Origin: Octopus vulgaris
Lineage: Eukaryota
NCBI GenBank assembly: GCA_951406725.2
Contig: OX597814.1
Span: 192,634,001 to 192,698,000, forward strand
DNA: 64,000 nucleotides
Reading direction: 5' to 3'
Below the pieces are notes generated by a model. The model was not told the DNA's origin. It searched no databases and worked only from the letters and a program-made list of their open reading frames with translations. The translations under genes and the position numbers were made by a program. Positions 1 to 13,112 of the stretch are shown here, piece by piece. Each line of letters starts with the position of its first letter. Position 1 is the first letter of the stretch.

Positions 1-873
1 GTCTATCATTCAAAATCAACTTAAATCCACAATTCTAAAGGCATCTAGTTCCAGCAGGTATTTATCAACATTTTGTTTCTGTATATATCCTCTCCACCCA
101 ATGTCATCATCATCATCGTTTAACGTCCGCTTTCCATGCTGGCATGGGTTGGACGATTTGACTGAGGACTGCATCAGGCTCCAATCTGATCTGGCAGAGT
201 TTCTACAGCTGGATGCCCTTCCTAATGCCAACCACTCCACTTTATGGAAGTTACTTTTTGTTTTCTAATTAGGTTTAAGAAAAAAAATAAATTCTAAAAA
301 TAAAAACTAAGTCAAATTTGAGACATTGATAAGGATACAGCTGAGGAGATTTAGGGAAAAAAAATTCACCAAGAGGTCATGGTGCTTAGATCGTTGTCTA
401 CAATGTCAAGCAAGAATTCAGACCATGTTACACAACGTGCACCATTCTAATTACCACTAAGAGAATCAGACTGGACTGGAGTGCAATTTTTCTCCAAGTA
501 ATTTCCTGTCCCTCTTTCCTAGTTAAGCCTCTCTACATGCTGGGTACAATGCCATCCCCCTCGATACTTCACCCAACCCTGTGAAGTGGGGGGGGGGGGT
601 GTCTTGTTTTATGTGTTACTTGATGACCCAGTAGAGTTGATGCTATGGAAAAAGAAAAGCACCCAATACATTGTGTAAAGTGGTTAGTATTATGAAGGGG
701 CAGCCAACCATAAAAAAAAAAAAACTTGCCAAAGCAGATAATGGAGACCAACACAACCCTCAGGCAAGTCAGATTCTGTTGAACCATCCAACACATGCCA
801 GCATGAAACAAGACATTAAATGATGACGATGATAAAATTTTAGCTATATATGATAAAAAAAAATATTCTCTCA

Positions 874-1050
<177 letters not shown>

Positions 1051-1530
1051 TTAATGAGTGCATAAGAAAGGTTTCAACGGGTTAACAAAAAGGTGGTGAG
1101 CTGGTAGAATTGCAAGTGTGGTGGGCAAAATGTTCACCGGCATTTCAATTGGCTTTATGTTCTGAGTTCTAATTACACCGAAGTCAACTGGTTGATATAA
1201 TTGACTTAAACCGCCCCTAAAATTGCTGGTTTTGTGCTAATATTTGAAACCAATATGTCAATTAGCAAAAATAAATAACTTCATGAAAAGCTTTTAAATT
1301 AAAATTGTCCAATGAAATAAGTGTTACGAGATAACAAGTATGGGTCATCTTTGTCCTTTTGCATCTGTATGTTGGGTTATTTTACCTTTTAGTGAGCAGA
1401 GAAGGGAAGTACCCATGAGTCTTTATAGGGTCTCTGGGATGCATAGAAGGGAATGGACCTGCCAAATCTAGTTTACAGCAATATCTGCCCTGAAAATCCT
1501 CTCCTAATTTGATAGGATATATATGGCTTA

Positions 1531-2027
1531 CAGTAAATCCTCGAGTATAATCCACATTTTCCCCCCAAAATCCCTAGTGCATACTATATACGAGGTTAAA
1601 AATGAAAATTATTTTCTAAGCAATGTCCAAGTCTCTATTTGCTGTCCGGCAATGTTTATTCAGATGCATTTTGTGATGTTGAGTGCGAAAATACCTTAAG
1701 CTAAGCTTGAAAGCAATGAAGTCATAAAAGAATCATCCATAACTTGCAGTAAGCAACATTTATTAAACGTTATTACGGTTATATATTAATTTTTTGCAAA
1801 CAAAATGCACAAAAAAGCTACACGTTTGCATTATGTTATACATACAATAATAATAAAGGACGTTACCGTATACATTTTTACAAATCAAGGACGTTATATA
1901 GACCTCTTTGATTCAAGTTAGAGAAGGGGTGCGTATTATACACAAGGTTTAGGTTTTTCAGAAGTACAGCCCCCTAAAAATCCCCTGCGTATTATACTCA
2001 GGGCAGACTATACTCGAGGATTTATGG
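1531..2027. mobile_element. Tc1/pogo-type non-autonomous DNA transposon (MITE)
   Basis: TIR CAGTAAATCCTCGAGTATA ... TATACTCGAGGATTTATGG, preceded by TA; related copy at 13113-13617 in opposite orientation. Confidence 0.75.
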
Positions 2028-2846
2028 ATTTCTTTAATTATTTAGCCATGATTATTTTGTTATTCTTTCAGAAATAGTGTACACCATATATCAATATTAT
2101 AGTGTCCTTTTTAAGCAGGTAGGATGTAACTTGAGAGAAATTTGCTGCTATTCCTAAGAATTTGAGCAACCATTAGGAGACTTGTTCGTCGACTTATCTC
2201 TGTGTTATATAATAGTGTGTCTATATTAGAGAAATTCCAGATTTATGTAATTTAATTTGATAATAAAAAGTGTAAGTGTGAATTTCATGTGCAAGCATAA
2301 GTGTATTTATCATTGAATAGTCATAAGAGTTTCAAGTTCACTTAAAATATTTGATACCTTCTCTGACCACCATATTAGTTTTGGAAACTGTTCTATCAAA
2401 ATAAAATAAAAACTGTACTAAAAATACCCACTTCTATCTAAAAACAAACATTCTGTATTTGATGGCATACAAGACACACTTTTCTCAAAAAACTCACCCT
2501 GGGTCCTATATGCAAAGTTGGGCCTTATATTACATGCTAACCCTTTAACATTTAAACCACCCACATCCAGCTCAAGCATTCTGCCTGATTTATGTTCCAA
2601 CTGACCAGATCATGCTTTCTATACCTACCCTACTATGCTATTCTAAAAATAAGCAGTCACATCTACAAAATCTTGATTAATTCAAAACAATGTGAATAAA
2701 AACAGCATTACATGAGGCAGAGTAATCTGAGTGCAAAAGGGATAATTCACTAAAAACACTTTTTCCTGAGGAATTACAACCGTGTTTTATGGTCTGCTAC
2801 CACAACAGCTCATTTATAGGATCCAGTTAGCTCAAGACATCATCAA

Positions 2847-2926
2847 GACGAACCACGTCCGGTTTCGGCCCCTACTCCTCTACCGTTTTGACATAGCGGG
2901 GCACCCCCTTTCGGAGGTGTCTTCAG
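2847..2926 (-). ncRNA. Hammerhead-ribozyme-like motif in a CpG-rich, Penelope-LTR-like insert (~2780-3230)
   Basis: Minus strand: CTGAAGA, structured spacer, GAAAC, CGGAC-GTG-GTTC-GTC. Stem I pairing is weak. Confidence 0.4.
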
Positions 2927-3395
2927 CTCTGGTGTTGAGTGCATGTCTTCTTTCTTCTGTTCCCTGGCCTCTTCGATGTATCGTCAGCGAGTGTCAGCTG
3001 GTGACTGACTGACTTGTCAAAATTTTCCCTTTAAATACCTACCGCTAGGCTCCAGCAGGCAGCCCCAGCAAGTTGTCACGTGACACTGTCTCACCTTAAC
3101 TGACTAGTGAAGGCGCGTAGTTTTAGCCCACGCATTCTCTAAACGACCGTCACCTGTCAGTCAGCGAAGCTGATTCAGTGTCAGCTTGTCTCACCTAATG
3201 ATGTTATTTCCCGCCGGCATGTTATGACTAAAAATATATGTTGCTGAAATTGAACCGTGTCTAATAAATCTATGTGTCTTTTATGCCATCAAATACATTT
3301 TTGAGCATTGCGAAACGGCTTTACATAATGCATGTAGCGAAGTTTGAAACCATAACAACAATTAGAAATCAAGAAACTGAAGTCGTTTCTGTTTA

Positions 3396-3704
<309 letters not shown>

Positions 3705-4786
3705 TTAGAAAACATTCAAAGGTAATATTCAACATTAATTTTAATTGGATATTAATTTCCTTATATTAATAATAATATTATTATTATAAAATATAGGTAT
3801 ATATCACTGTATATATTTGCCAGCCTCATCTGGCACATAAGAAGCACCCACTACACTAATGGAGTGGTTGGCGTTAGGAAGGGCATCCAGCTGTATAAAC
3901 ACTGCTAGATCAGACTGGGCCTGGTGCAGCCTTCTGGCTTCCCAGACCTCAGTCGAACCGTCCAATCCATGCTAGCATGGAAAGCAGACGTTAAACGATG
4001 ACGATGATCGCTCGTATTAAATATATATTTTAATAGTATTAATATTTTGATACAATTGAGCACACAATATAAATTCAGTATATAATATTCTTATTGAATA
4101 TATTTAACTAAAGATTTATTAATTTTAATCTAAAAAAAAATTACAGCAAAAAAAAAAAAAATGTAATTTAATTAAAATTCTCTTGAGTCAGTAAAAATAA
4201 ATTTGCGATATGACTTTATAAACAAACAGGTTGAGATAAGATTCAATTTACATTTTAAAAAAAAAAATGTTTTATATAAATGGTAGGATGTTGAAATATA
4301 AATTTGCATTCAACTGTAAAGAAGCAATCTATACACCTTTTATCTTTTACTTGTTTCAGTCATTAGATTACAGCCATATTGGACCACCACCTTGAAGAAT
4401 TTTAGTTGAATGAATCGGCCCCAATACTTATTCTATCTGTCTCTTTTGTCGAACTGCTAAGTTATGGGAACATAAACACACCAACTCTGGCTGTCAAGTG
4501 GTGGTGGTGGTTGGGTCAAACACAGACACAAAGACAGACAAACAGACACACTTCTTTCAGTTTCCAGCTACCAAATCCACTCACAAGGCCTGAAGCTATC
4601 AAGTGATTATGCATTTTAAAATAGAGATGCAGCAGACATTTTTAAATATCTTAACCTTTCACTTCATTTTAATACAGCTTGAAAGAGAGACTCAATTTAA
4701 TTTTTAAAAAACACAAAATTCTGAAGTTAGTGGCCAAGTGAAAACAATATTCTAAATCCTAGAATTACAATTTAATATACCTTTAA

Positions 4787-5006
4787 CCCTTTAGTGTTTA
4801 AACTGGCCATATCTGGCCCAGATATTCTACATGTTTTATATTCAAACTGGTGATATCTAGCCTCTTACACCTAACCTACATTGACATTCTAAAAATAAAC
4901 AATCACATCATTGAAACCTCAAAGCTATAAGATAATGCTTGATTAATTCAAAACAATTTGAGTAAAAAAATATTACATTTAACAGAGTAATCTGAACACT
5001 AAAGGG
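4787..5006. mobile_element. piggyBac-like MITE family 1
   Basis: TTAA|CCCTTTAGTGTT ... AACACTAAAGGG|TTAA; related copies near 2540, 22565, 29060, 42510, 44129, 59180. Confidence 0.8.
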
Positions 5007-5399
5007 TTAACATCCACTGCAAATGACTTTAAAAGCAGCCCAAAATGTTGTATGTAAAAAAAATCAAGTACTCACTGCCATTACATAAGGACTATAACAT
5101 TTTAAAGAGTCAACAGAATAATGTATATATCAGGCAGTTATTGCTACAGAATAATTTAACCAATAGGTTCCTTGGACTTTCTCCAAAGAAGACAGAACAA
5201 GTTCATATTCAAATGTTTTTAAGGAGACATTCTCCACTTAAATTCATCCATTCTGGATGTTTAAGAAATGCTGTACATCTGTATCACTCTTTTATTTGTT
5301 TCAGTCATTTGACTACGGCCATGCTGGAGCACCGCTACTTTACAGGGATGTAAACACACCACCATCGGTTGTCAAGTGATGTTGTGGGGACTAACACAG

Positions 5400-5430
<31 letters not shown>

Positions 5431-7286
5431 ATATATATATATACGACGAGGTTCTTTCAGTTTCCATCTACCAAATCCACTCACAAGGCTTTGGTCGGCC
5501 CGAGGCTACAGTAGACGACACTTGCCCAATGTGTGATGCAGTGGGACTGAACCTGGAACCATGTGGTTGGTAAGCAAACTACTTACCACACAGCCAATTC
5601 TGTGCCTATTATTATTAATCATAGTAAAAAAAAAATATATACACTTAAAACTGTATGTAAATATTTGAGTTAATAGACATTAAGGGAGACAACTACACAA
5701 ATCAGACTAGATATTAACTTCTAGAAATGCAAATTCAATCATATTTGATGAAACCTTTACATTATAAAATGCATACACATGTTAAAAGATCAAGCAAAAT
5801 AGATGAGTGAATATCTAAAGCAGAGGACAACCAGTTCATGGGGTCACGGGTTCATATTGCTACAATAATTTCATTATGTCAGTTAAGTATAAATCAAAAA
5901 TGGAAACTGTAGTTGTGGCCAATGCCAGTGCCACCTGACTGACACTCATGCTGGTAGTATGTAATAAGCAGCATTCAAGCATGGGTCGATGCCAGTGCCG
6001 CCTGACTGGCTTGTAAAACGCACTATCTGAACGTGGTTGATGCCAGACCCACCCCTGTGCCAGCAGCATGTAAAAAGTACCCACTACACTCTCAGAGTGG
6101 TTGGCGTTAGGTAGGGCATTCAGCTGTAAAAACCTTGCCAGATCAGATTGGAGCCTGGCATGGCCTCCTGGCTTGCCAGCCCCAAGTTAAACTGTTGAAC
6201 CCATGCCAACATGGAAAACGGATATTAAACGGCGGCAGTGACAGTGACGATGATAGGGAACATGCATCAGATCTGGGAACTTTGCTTGAAATAAATATGC
6301 CTACTATACAGAAATAAATAATCTGCTTAATGCAATAAATTGGAGCCAAGCACTGGACTTTTGTGAGTCCCTTAGACACAGTTCCATATTCATCGTCATA
6401 TTTCCATGCTGGCATGGGTTGGACGGTTTGACAGGGGCTGGCAAGGCCAGGAGCCACAGCAGGTTTCATAGTATGTTTTGGTTTGATTTCTACAGCTGGT
6501 TTGATTTCCTAATGCCAACCTCTTTACAGAATGTACTGAGTGCATTTTATGTGATACCAGCACCAGTGCCCTTCATGGGTAAGCATTACCAAGGTAGTTT
6601 TAGAAATTAGAAGAATCACATCAAGTCATACATGATAAAGTTGTTAAGAGTTCTGCATTATCATCTGAAGAGTGGGCATATGCTATGACAAAATTGGCAC
6701 TCAGCTGTGTCAATCTTTAAAACATGCTTTGCTCTCGGCGACTCAGTTCACTGAGCTGCAAATAGGCACCATAGCATGTACAACTCACAGAGAGAAGTAG
6801 ATGTACTGCAAAACTGAAAAGCTTGCGATGCTACATTCAATCCCTCCACTAGAGCTGTATAGAAAATCTCAAGTTGGCCCCCAAGCTGGCTTAACATAAT
6901 TGGACAAAATTTTCCATGGACTGGCCCCTGTGCAGGTGGCACGTAAAAAACACCATTTGAGTGTGGACATTGCCAGTACTGCCTGACTGGCCCTCATGCC
7001 GGTAGCACATAGAAGCACCTACAACACTCTCGGAGTGGTTGGCATTAGGAAGGGCATCCAGCTGTAGAAACTCTGCCAGATCAAGACTGGAGCTCGGTGC
7101 AGCCATCTGGTTCACCAGACCTCAGTCAAATCGTCCAACCCATGCTACCAGGGAAAACAGACGTTAAACAATGATGATGATGATGGGTCTTGCTAATCAG
7201 TCAATCAACCAACAAATCAATTACTTAAATAGTAATGAAAAAAAAAAAACTATCAGATTAAAAAAATACAGATCTTATCTACCAAC

Positions 7287-7512
7287 CTGAGTCATCATAA
7301 TGTATCACATGGTTAGGATGATAATGGTGATTGTAGTTGTTATGGAATTCATGTGGAGTTAGAGTGTTTTCCAAACAAGGATCTTTCACAAGTCGATTCT
7401 GACTGTTGGCACACGTGTTGCAGCTATTGTTGTTGCTATTACTGTGCTGAGTCCAGTTTAGAGAAAATTTTAGTGTTGGACATTTGCTGAATACTTCAAA
7501 TGGGCCAATAGC
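7287..7512 (-). CDS. SUZ12: SUZ12 exon (AIGPFEVFSKCPTLKFSLNW plus Asn/His-rich linker), 226 nt
   Basis: Acceptor ttccag, donor gttggt in phase 1 (required by next exon); resembles PPFETFSQGPTLQFTLRW. Confidence 0.92.
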
Positions 7513-8209
7513 CTGGAAAATAACAGAGACATACATACATTTAGAAATACATAACAATAATGTGAAAGAAAGTTACTGCTGATAATACAAATCCTTATAT
7601 CATTGATCATATACTCTTTACTCTTTTACATGTTTCAGTCATTTATGGCCATGCTGGAGCACTGCCTTTTAGTCGAGCAAATCGACCCCAGGACTTATTC
7701 TTTGAAAGCCTAGTACTTATTCTATCAGTCTCTTTTTGCTGAACCGCCAAGTTACGGGGACGTAAACACACCAGCATCGGTTGTCAAGCGATGTTGGGGG
7801 GGACAAATACACACACACATATATACTATGGGCTTCTTTCAGTTTCCGTCTACCAAATCCGCAAGGCTTTGGTTGGCCTGAGGCTATAGAAGACACTTGC
7901 CCAAGGTGCCACGCAGTGGGACTGAACCCGAAACCATGTGGTTGGTAAGCAAGCTACTTACCACACAGCCACTCCTACGCCTATAAGGAAACAGACCTGA
8001 AGAATAAGTAGACTGAATACATTAGTAAGAGAAAATGTTGGGACAATTAATCTTAATTACTCTTAATTAATCTTAATTACTATTATCTTTTACTTGTTTC
8101 GGTCATTAGACTGGCCACGCTGGGGCACCTACCTTGAAGAATTTTAATCTAAAGCCTGGTACTGAAATGCTAAGTTATGAGGATGTAAACAGACCAGCAC
8201 CAGTATTAT

Positions 8210-8506
8210 TACAAATAATAACTCTGAGAACCTTTTCAAACTCCACCTCTCTAACACCCGTGGACATGTTTACAAAGTCAGAAAACAGCACAGCTCCAAT
8301 GACTTTCATAAATATTTTTTCACGCTAAGAGTTGCTGAAGTATGGAACAAACTGCCGGCATCAGTTGTCAGAGCACTGCATCCTTCAAAACGTCCATGCT
8401 TCCTGAGATTCACCAAATCTACACCTGATTTTTTACCCTCCATACACATGCAAGCATGTATCTGACTCATTCACTGTTTGCTTTCCAGACATTTGTACAT
8501 TACTGC
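8210..8506 (+). mobile_element. CR1-clade LINE 3' fragment (degraded)
   Basis: Nucleotide copy of part of 33186-33622, including the NTRGH-encoding segment. Confidence 0.7.
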
Positions 8507-8738
8507 AGTTATAAAACCAGATTGTTTGCCAGGGTAATAATGATGTTTAAACCACAAGAAAACCCTAGAGCTCGCCTAAGCGTTCACAAGTTTTAATGGG
8601 CGAAGTTTTGGATCAGGGTGCTTGCTCACATAAATTGGATTCTCCCCACCCCTTCTTAGTTAACTCTGCACATCTGACTGAATATATTACCATAATATAA
8701 TCAGAGCAGAAAGCACTGTTGGCCATCAATTCACTTAC

Positions 8739-8947
8739 CTTACCATCCACTATTGTCTCCCAGTTTGCTGCATTTTTCTTTGGAGAGATTTTTGAACCAA
8801 GATCCTGTAGAGAGAGTTCATAATCACCGTCAGTCATCTGACACCGTTTGTGTTTGTCATAGATGGCCAGCTCAGAACCATACAAAACTACATCTTCTTC
8901 AAATGGAGACATCTTTCCGTTTTTTCTCCTTTTGTGTGGAGGCTCAT
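8739..8947 (-). CDS. SUZ12: SUZ12 exon (EPPHKRRKNGKMSPFEEDVVLYGSELAIYDKHKRCQMTDGDYELSLQD...WETIVDGK), 209 nt
   Basis: Acceptor tttcag, donor gtaagt; resembles FDKNRRLQLLDGEYEV...WETILDGK; basic NLS-like HKRRK. Confidence 0.96.
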
Positions 8948-8989
8948 CTGAAACGATTTCAAATCAAAGTTCACATAAAATTTCCATTT

Positions 8990-9455
8990 AATAAAAAAGA
9001 ACAAAATAAAATTTTTAACACTAACGTAAATGCGGTGTTATTGTATGGGGCTGAGACTTGGCGAACAACAGTTAAGTCAAATAAGCAAATACAATCATTC
9101 ATCAACAGATGCTTGCGTAGTATACTTAAAATCAGATGGCCCAAACACATAAGCAATATGGAGCTATGGCTTAGGGAGCAAATATTTAAGAAACCGTGGA
9201 AGTGGATTAGGAGCACAATTAGAAAAGAAACACCAAATGTAGCGAAAACCGTGGAAACCGGATGGATATAGAAAGAGAGGTAGGCCTAAGAACTCGTGGC
9301 GTAGATCAACACAAAAGGAACTAGAGAAAGGGGGACATTCATGACAGTGTATAAGTACAGAAGCGAAAAATTATGCGACATGGAATTCAACTATAAGTGG
9401 CCTATACTCCTCGTTGGAGGGTTAAAGGCAGGAAAAAAAAAAGAAAAAAAGAAAA
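8990..9455 (+). mobile_element. RTE-clade LINE 3' fragment with A-rich tail
   Basis: Translation IFNTNVNAVLLYGAETW...FINRCLRSILKIRW...ISNMELW is typical of the RTE reverse-transcriptase C-terminal region; A-rich end at 9433-9455. Confidence 0.85.
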
Positions 9456-9724
9456 CATACTGCACTTAGCAGAACTCACATAGCTTCTTTCCCAAACAAG
9501 TTTTGTTTAATAACTTAATACAATATATGAACAGATAATTTCATTCACATATTCTTAGATGTCACGTTGCTAAGTGAATAAAGTGTTAAACCCTAGGCTT
9601 ACATCTGCTGCAGGAATTTTGTGGTACCTGTGTGCAAGATGCTTAGTTCTAAATGACTTGCAAATTATACCAATTGAAAATGTAACCTATAATAAACTGG
9701 TCCTTATCCAGTAGAAGATTTTGC

Positions 9725-9897
9725 GGATCTTTTCGCTTTGCCGAAATGCAAGAAATTAAAGAACAAATAGCTTACAAACTACAGAATTTTCTCAAGAAAG
9801 CCAAGCGAAAAAGATGTTTTATCAATACATTCTACCAGTATACGAAGTTTAAAAGTGTTATTATTTTAAAAATCTGCTGGTCAAAGCGAAAAGATCC
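9725..9897. mobile_element. MITE with GG-terminal TIRs and 8-bp TSD (Merlin-like)
   Basis: TIR GGATCTTTTCGCTTTG / CAAAGCGAAAAGATCC; flanks GATTTTGC and GATTTGGC. Confidence 0.78.
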
Positions 9898-11044
9898 GAT
9901 TTGGCTATATTGATACTTCATTGTTACAGAATCCAAAGCTTCACTCAACTTTTTAAGGGTCTCCCTGAACAGATGATTTGATATAACAGGTTGATTCAAC
10001 TCCACATTATTCAAAGTGTTATGAGCAGAGATCACAGCCACATCATAAAATTTTATGTCAGGGACAAGTTACCCTGTTATTAAATATACATCACTCCAAC
10101 CAATTACGTTGAGCACTACTTTCTTCTATTTCTCCACTCACTTGTATATGTGCATGCATATGTGTGTATGTGTCCAATCAAGATAAAAATTGGAGTTGGT
10201 GATTTTACAAACACTCTTCATAATAACACTGGCACTCGGTTGGTTATGGCAATGAGAGTTCGAGTTGATCCAATCAACAGTACAGCCTGCTCAAGAAATT
10301 AATGTGCAAATGGCTGAGCACTCTGCAGACACACGCATCTTTAACATAGTTCTCTGGGAAATTCAGCAAGACACAATGTGACAAGGCTGGCCCTTTGAAT
10401 TACAGAAACAATTCACTTTTGCCAGCTGAGTGAACTGGAGCAACATTAAATAGAGTGTCTTGCTCAAAGACACAACACGTCACCAGGAATCAAACTCAAG
10501 ACCTAACAAGCCAAATACCCTAATCATGAAGCCACAAGTCTTCGCAACATAACACTAACCATTTAACACACAAAGTATGACAGTCCACGATTGTGGCCCA
10601 GATAGATGCATTTAATTTATGAGCGTTTGTTGAGGTCTAATGTCACTCAAACACTCCGATACCCACCAGAATGCAAGAGGACTAATAGTTCAACTAATGA
10701 CTTTTCAGATGATGTAGAACTTGCCACCATTATATACGAAGAAGATATTTTAACTATTTTTTGTTTTTTATGTGTGCATGGTAGTCTCCTTTTCATAAAA
10801 TTTGCTCAGCAGTTCATGCTATGTAAATGCAAATCCCAGTTCTTTATGAGTTAACTGACAGGAGTTTATTTTAAATCCAGACAGAAGTAAGTCAAAACTA
10901 ACTGGTTACCTAAGATCAATTTGTGAAATTTTTGCAACCCAGTTGAGTGTTTATCCTACATATAAAGAAATGATTATTACCCCAGTCATTGTTACACTAC
11001 ATACAATCATAACTCAGACCTTAAAATAATTCAAAATCAAATTC

Positions 11045-11585
11045 GATGACTGGCATCTGTGCTAGCGGGGTGCAAAGAGCACCATACGAGTGTGATCGAT
11101 GACAGAGCAGCTAACTGGCTTCTGTGCCAGTGGCACATAAAAGGCACAATTAGAGTGTGATCGTTACCAGCGTCGCCTTACTGGCACTTGTGCCCGTGCT
11201 AGTAGAGTGCCAAGAGAACCATCTGAGCATGATCTTTGCCAGAGCGGCTAACTGGCTTCCGTGTCGGTAGCACGTAAAAAGCACCATTTGAGCGTGATCG
11301 TTACCAGCGTCGCCTTACTGGCACCTGTGCTGGTGGCATGTGTAAAAAGATTCGAGCGAAGTCGTTGCCAGTATTGCCTGACTGGCCTCGTGCCAGTGGC
11401 ACATAAAAAGCACCCACTACATTCTCGGAGCAGTTGGCGTTAGGAAGGGCATCCAGCTGTAGAAACTCTGCCAGATCAAGATTGGAGCCTGGTGCAGCCA
11501 TCCGGTTCGCCGGCCCTCAGTCAAAATCGTCCAACCCATGCTAGCATGGAAAGCGGACATTAAACAATGATGATGATGGTGATGA
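11045..11585 (+). mobile_element. SINE/short retroelement family C with (GAT)n tail (representative long copy)
   Basis: GTGGTTGGCGTTAGGAAGGGCATCCAGCTGTAGAAAC...CCATGCTAGCATGGAAAGCGGACGTTAAAC(GAT)n. More than 20 copies in both orientations, e.g. near 103, 3820, 6920, 22755, 27240, 29880, 30303, 35002, 37835, 39636, 41985, 55963, 63403. Confidence 0.88.
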
Positions 11586-11672
11586 GTTCATATGACTGTG
11601 TAGCTAACCACATGTTCCTCACAACTCGCTGCAACAGAATATAATGAATGAAGAGATGTGTCCAACACTCAC

Positions 11673-11919
11673 CTGGTCCATCTAAAATGTCTCCATTACA
11701 CAATCCATTAGAGAGATATCTCTTTACAGGACACCGGACCCGCAACACCAGAACGTAAGACTTGACGGCATGTCCGTTGTTATGGTGGAATTGTTCATGA
11801 GAAATGGATATGGGTTCTGAATTGTTGGCAGCAGGTTGTATAGATGAGTCCAAATTGTGTGGATTCAGAGGCACTTCAACTTTGCCAAGCTTAGTTTGTT
11901 TTACAGGAGAGGTCACATC
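11673..11919 (-). CDS. SUZ12: SUZ12 exon, C2 domain (DVTSPVKQTKLGKVEVPLNP...GHAVKSYVLVLRV...DGP), 247 nt
   Basis: Acceptor tctgtag, donor gtgagt; lies in ORF 11560..11916; conserved VPLNP and H.VKSY.L..RV. Confidence 0.95.
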
Positions 11920-12922
11920 CTACAGAAATAAAACCAAATAAAATATAAAAAGTGTACCAATCACATAAACACTTGAACTATCATGTTTACTATAAAAAGT
12001 GTACAGGGAAAGTATAAGAATTCAAGTTACTCGTAATAGTATACTTTACAGCTGAGATATCTTCTCTCTTTAACAATGCTTTACTGAAAACGTACTTCAT
12101 ATTTTGTACTACTCTTCTTTCTCAGATTACAGCATGATTGCTCATTAATCCATTTTAACCCTGTCGAAATTTGGAAGATAGTTATATAAATAGGGATAAC
12201 AGCTTTATTACTATTTTACTTGTTTCAGTCATTTGACTGTGGCCATGCTGGAGCATCACCTTCTAGTTGAGCAAATCAACCCCAGGACTTATTCTTTGGA
12301 AGACTAATACTTATTGTATCGGTCTCTTTTGCTGAATAGCTAAGTTACGGGGACGTAAACACACCAGCATCGGTTGTCAAGCGATGTTGTCGGGGACAAA
12401 CACAGACACACAAACACATATACAACGGGCTTCTTTCAGTTTCCATCTACCAAATCCATTCACAAGGCTTTGATCAGCCCGAGGCTACAGTAGAAGACAC
12501 TTACCCAAGGTGCCACGCAGTGGAACTGAACCCAGGACCATGTGGTTGGTAAGCAAGCTACTTACCACAACATGCTTTCTGTTTGCCAATTTTCACTTTT
12601 TGCTCAAGATTAAACCCAGTACCATAGAGTTACAAAGCAAACTTCCTACCACAACCATGTCTAACATTAATTGTATCCGAAGTTGATCAAACAGGATTAT
12701 TTTTCTAAGATTATTTCCCCAACTTTTGAGATATTCAGGTAAGTTCAATGCTAATACTACTCGCGTGATGATTAGCATGAGTTTCATAAAAAATAAATTG
12801 CAATTAACACCCTAGCCTGAGAGGCAAAAATGGAAATATATTTACAGAAGATGATGATGATAATTAACAACAACAACAATAACACAACTGAACAAATATA
12901 ATCTTAAAAATATAAATAATAC

Positions 12923-12990
12923 CTTTCGTTTTTTATGACAAATTTTTAGCAACAAAACTTCTACTTCAACAGTTTCGACATCTGAAGAAG
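12923..12990 (-). CDS. SUZ12: SUZ12 exon (SSDVETVEVEVLLLKICHKKRK), 68 nt
   Basis: Acceptor atttcag, donor gtatta; conserved EVLL.K.CHKKRK. A second in-frame acceptor lies 9 nt inside, so the exon could be 12923-12981. Confidence 0.9.
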
Positions 12991-13112
12991 CTGAAATTAA
13001 GATCACAGTGATAAAATATTAATGGATTTCTTATAAAGGCATCTCATACATGAAAATTAAGCTTTTGGCAGGAAATTTCCAATGTTATAGAATAATTACC
13101 GACAAGCAATTA

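Noticed and set aside
2490-2600. Strong minus-strand donor (AGG|GTGAGT) as a cryptic exon
   Set aside because: No convincing acceptor; upstream part lies in a piggyBac-like MITE.
8753-9271. 172-aa plus-strand ORF as a gene
   Set aside because: Chimera of SUZ12 exon antisense and an RTE LINE fragment.
9832-10041. Coding-looking 69-aa minus ORF as an extra SUZ12 exon
   Set aside because: Runs into a MITE, has no SUZ12 similarity, and flanking exons join in frame without it.
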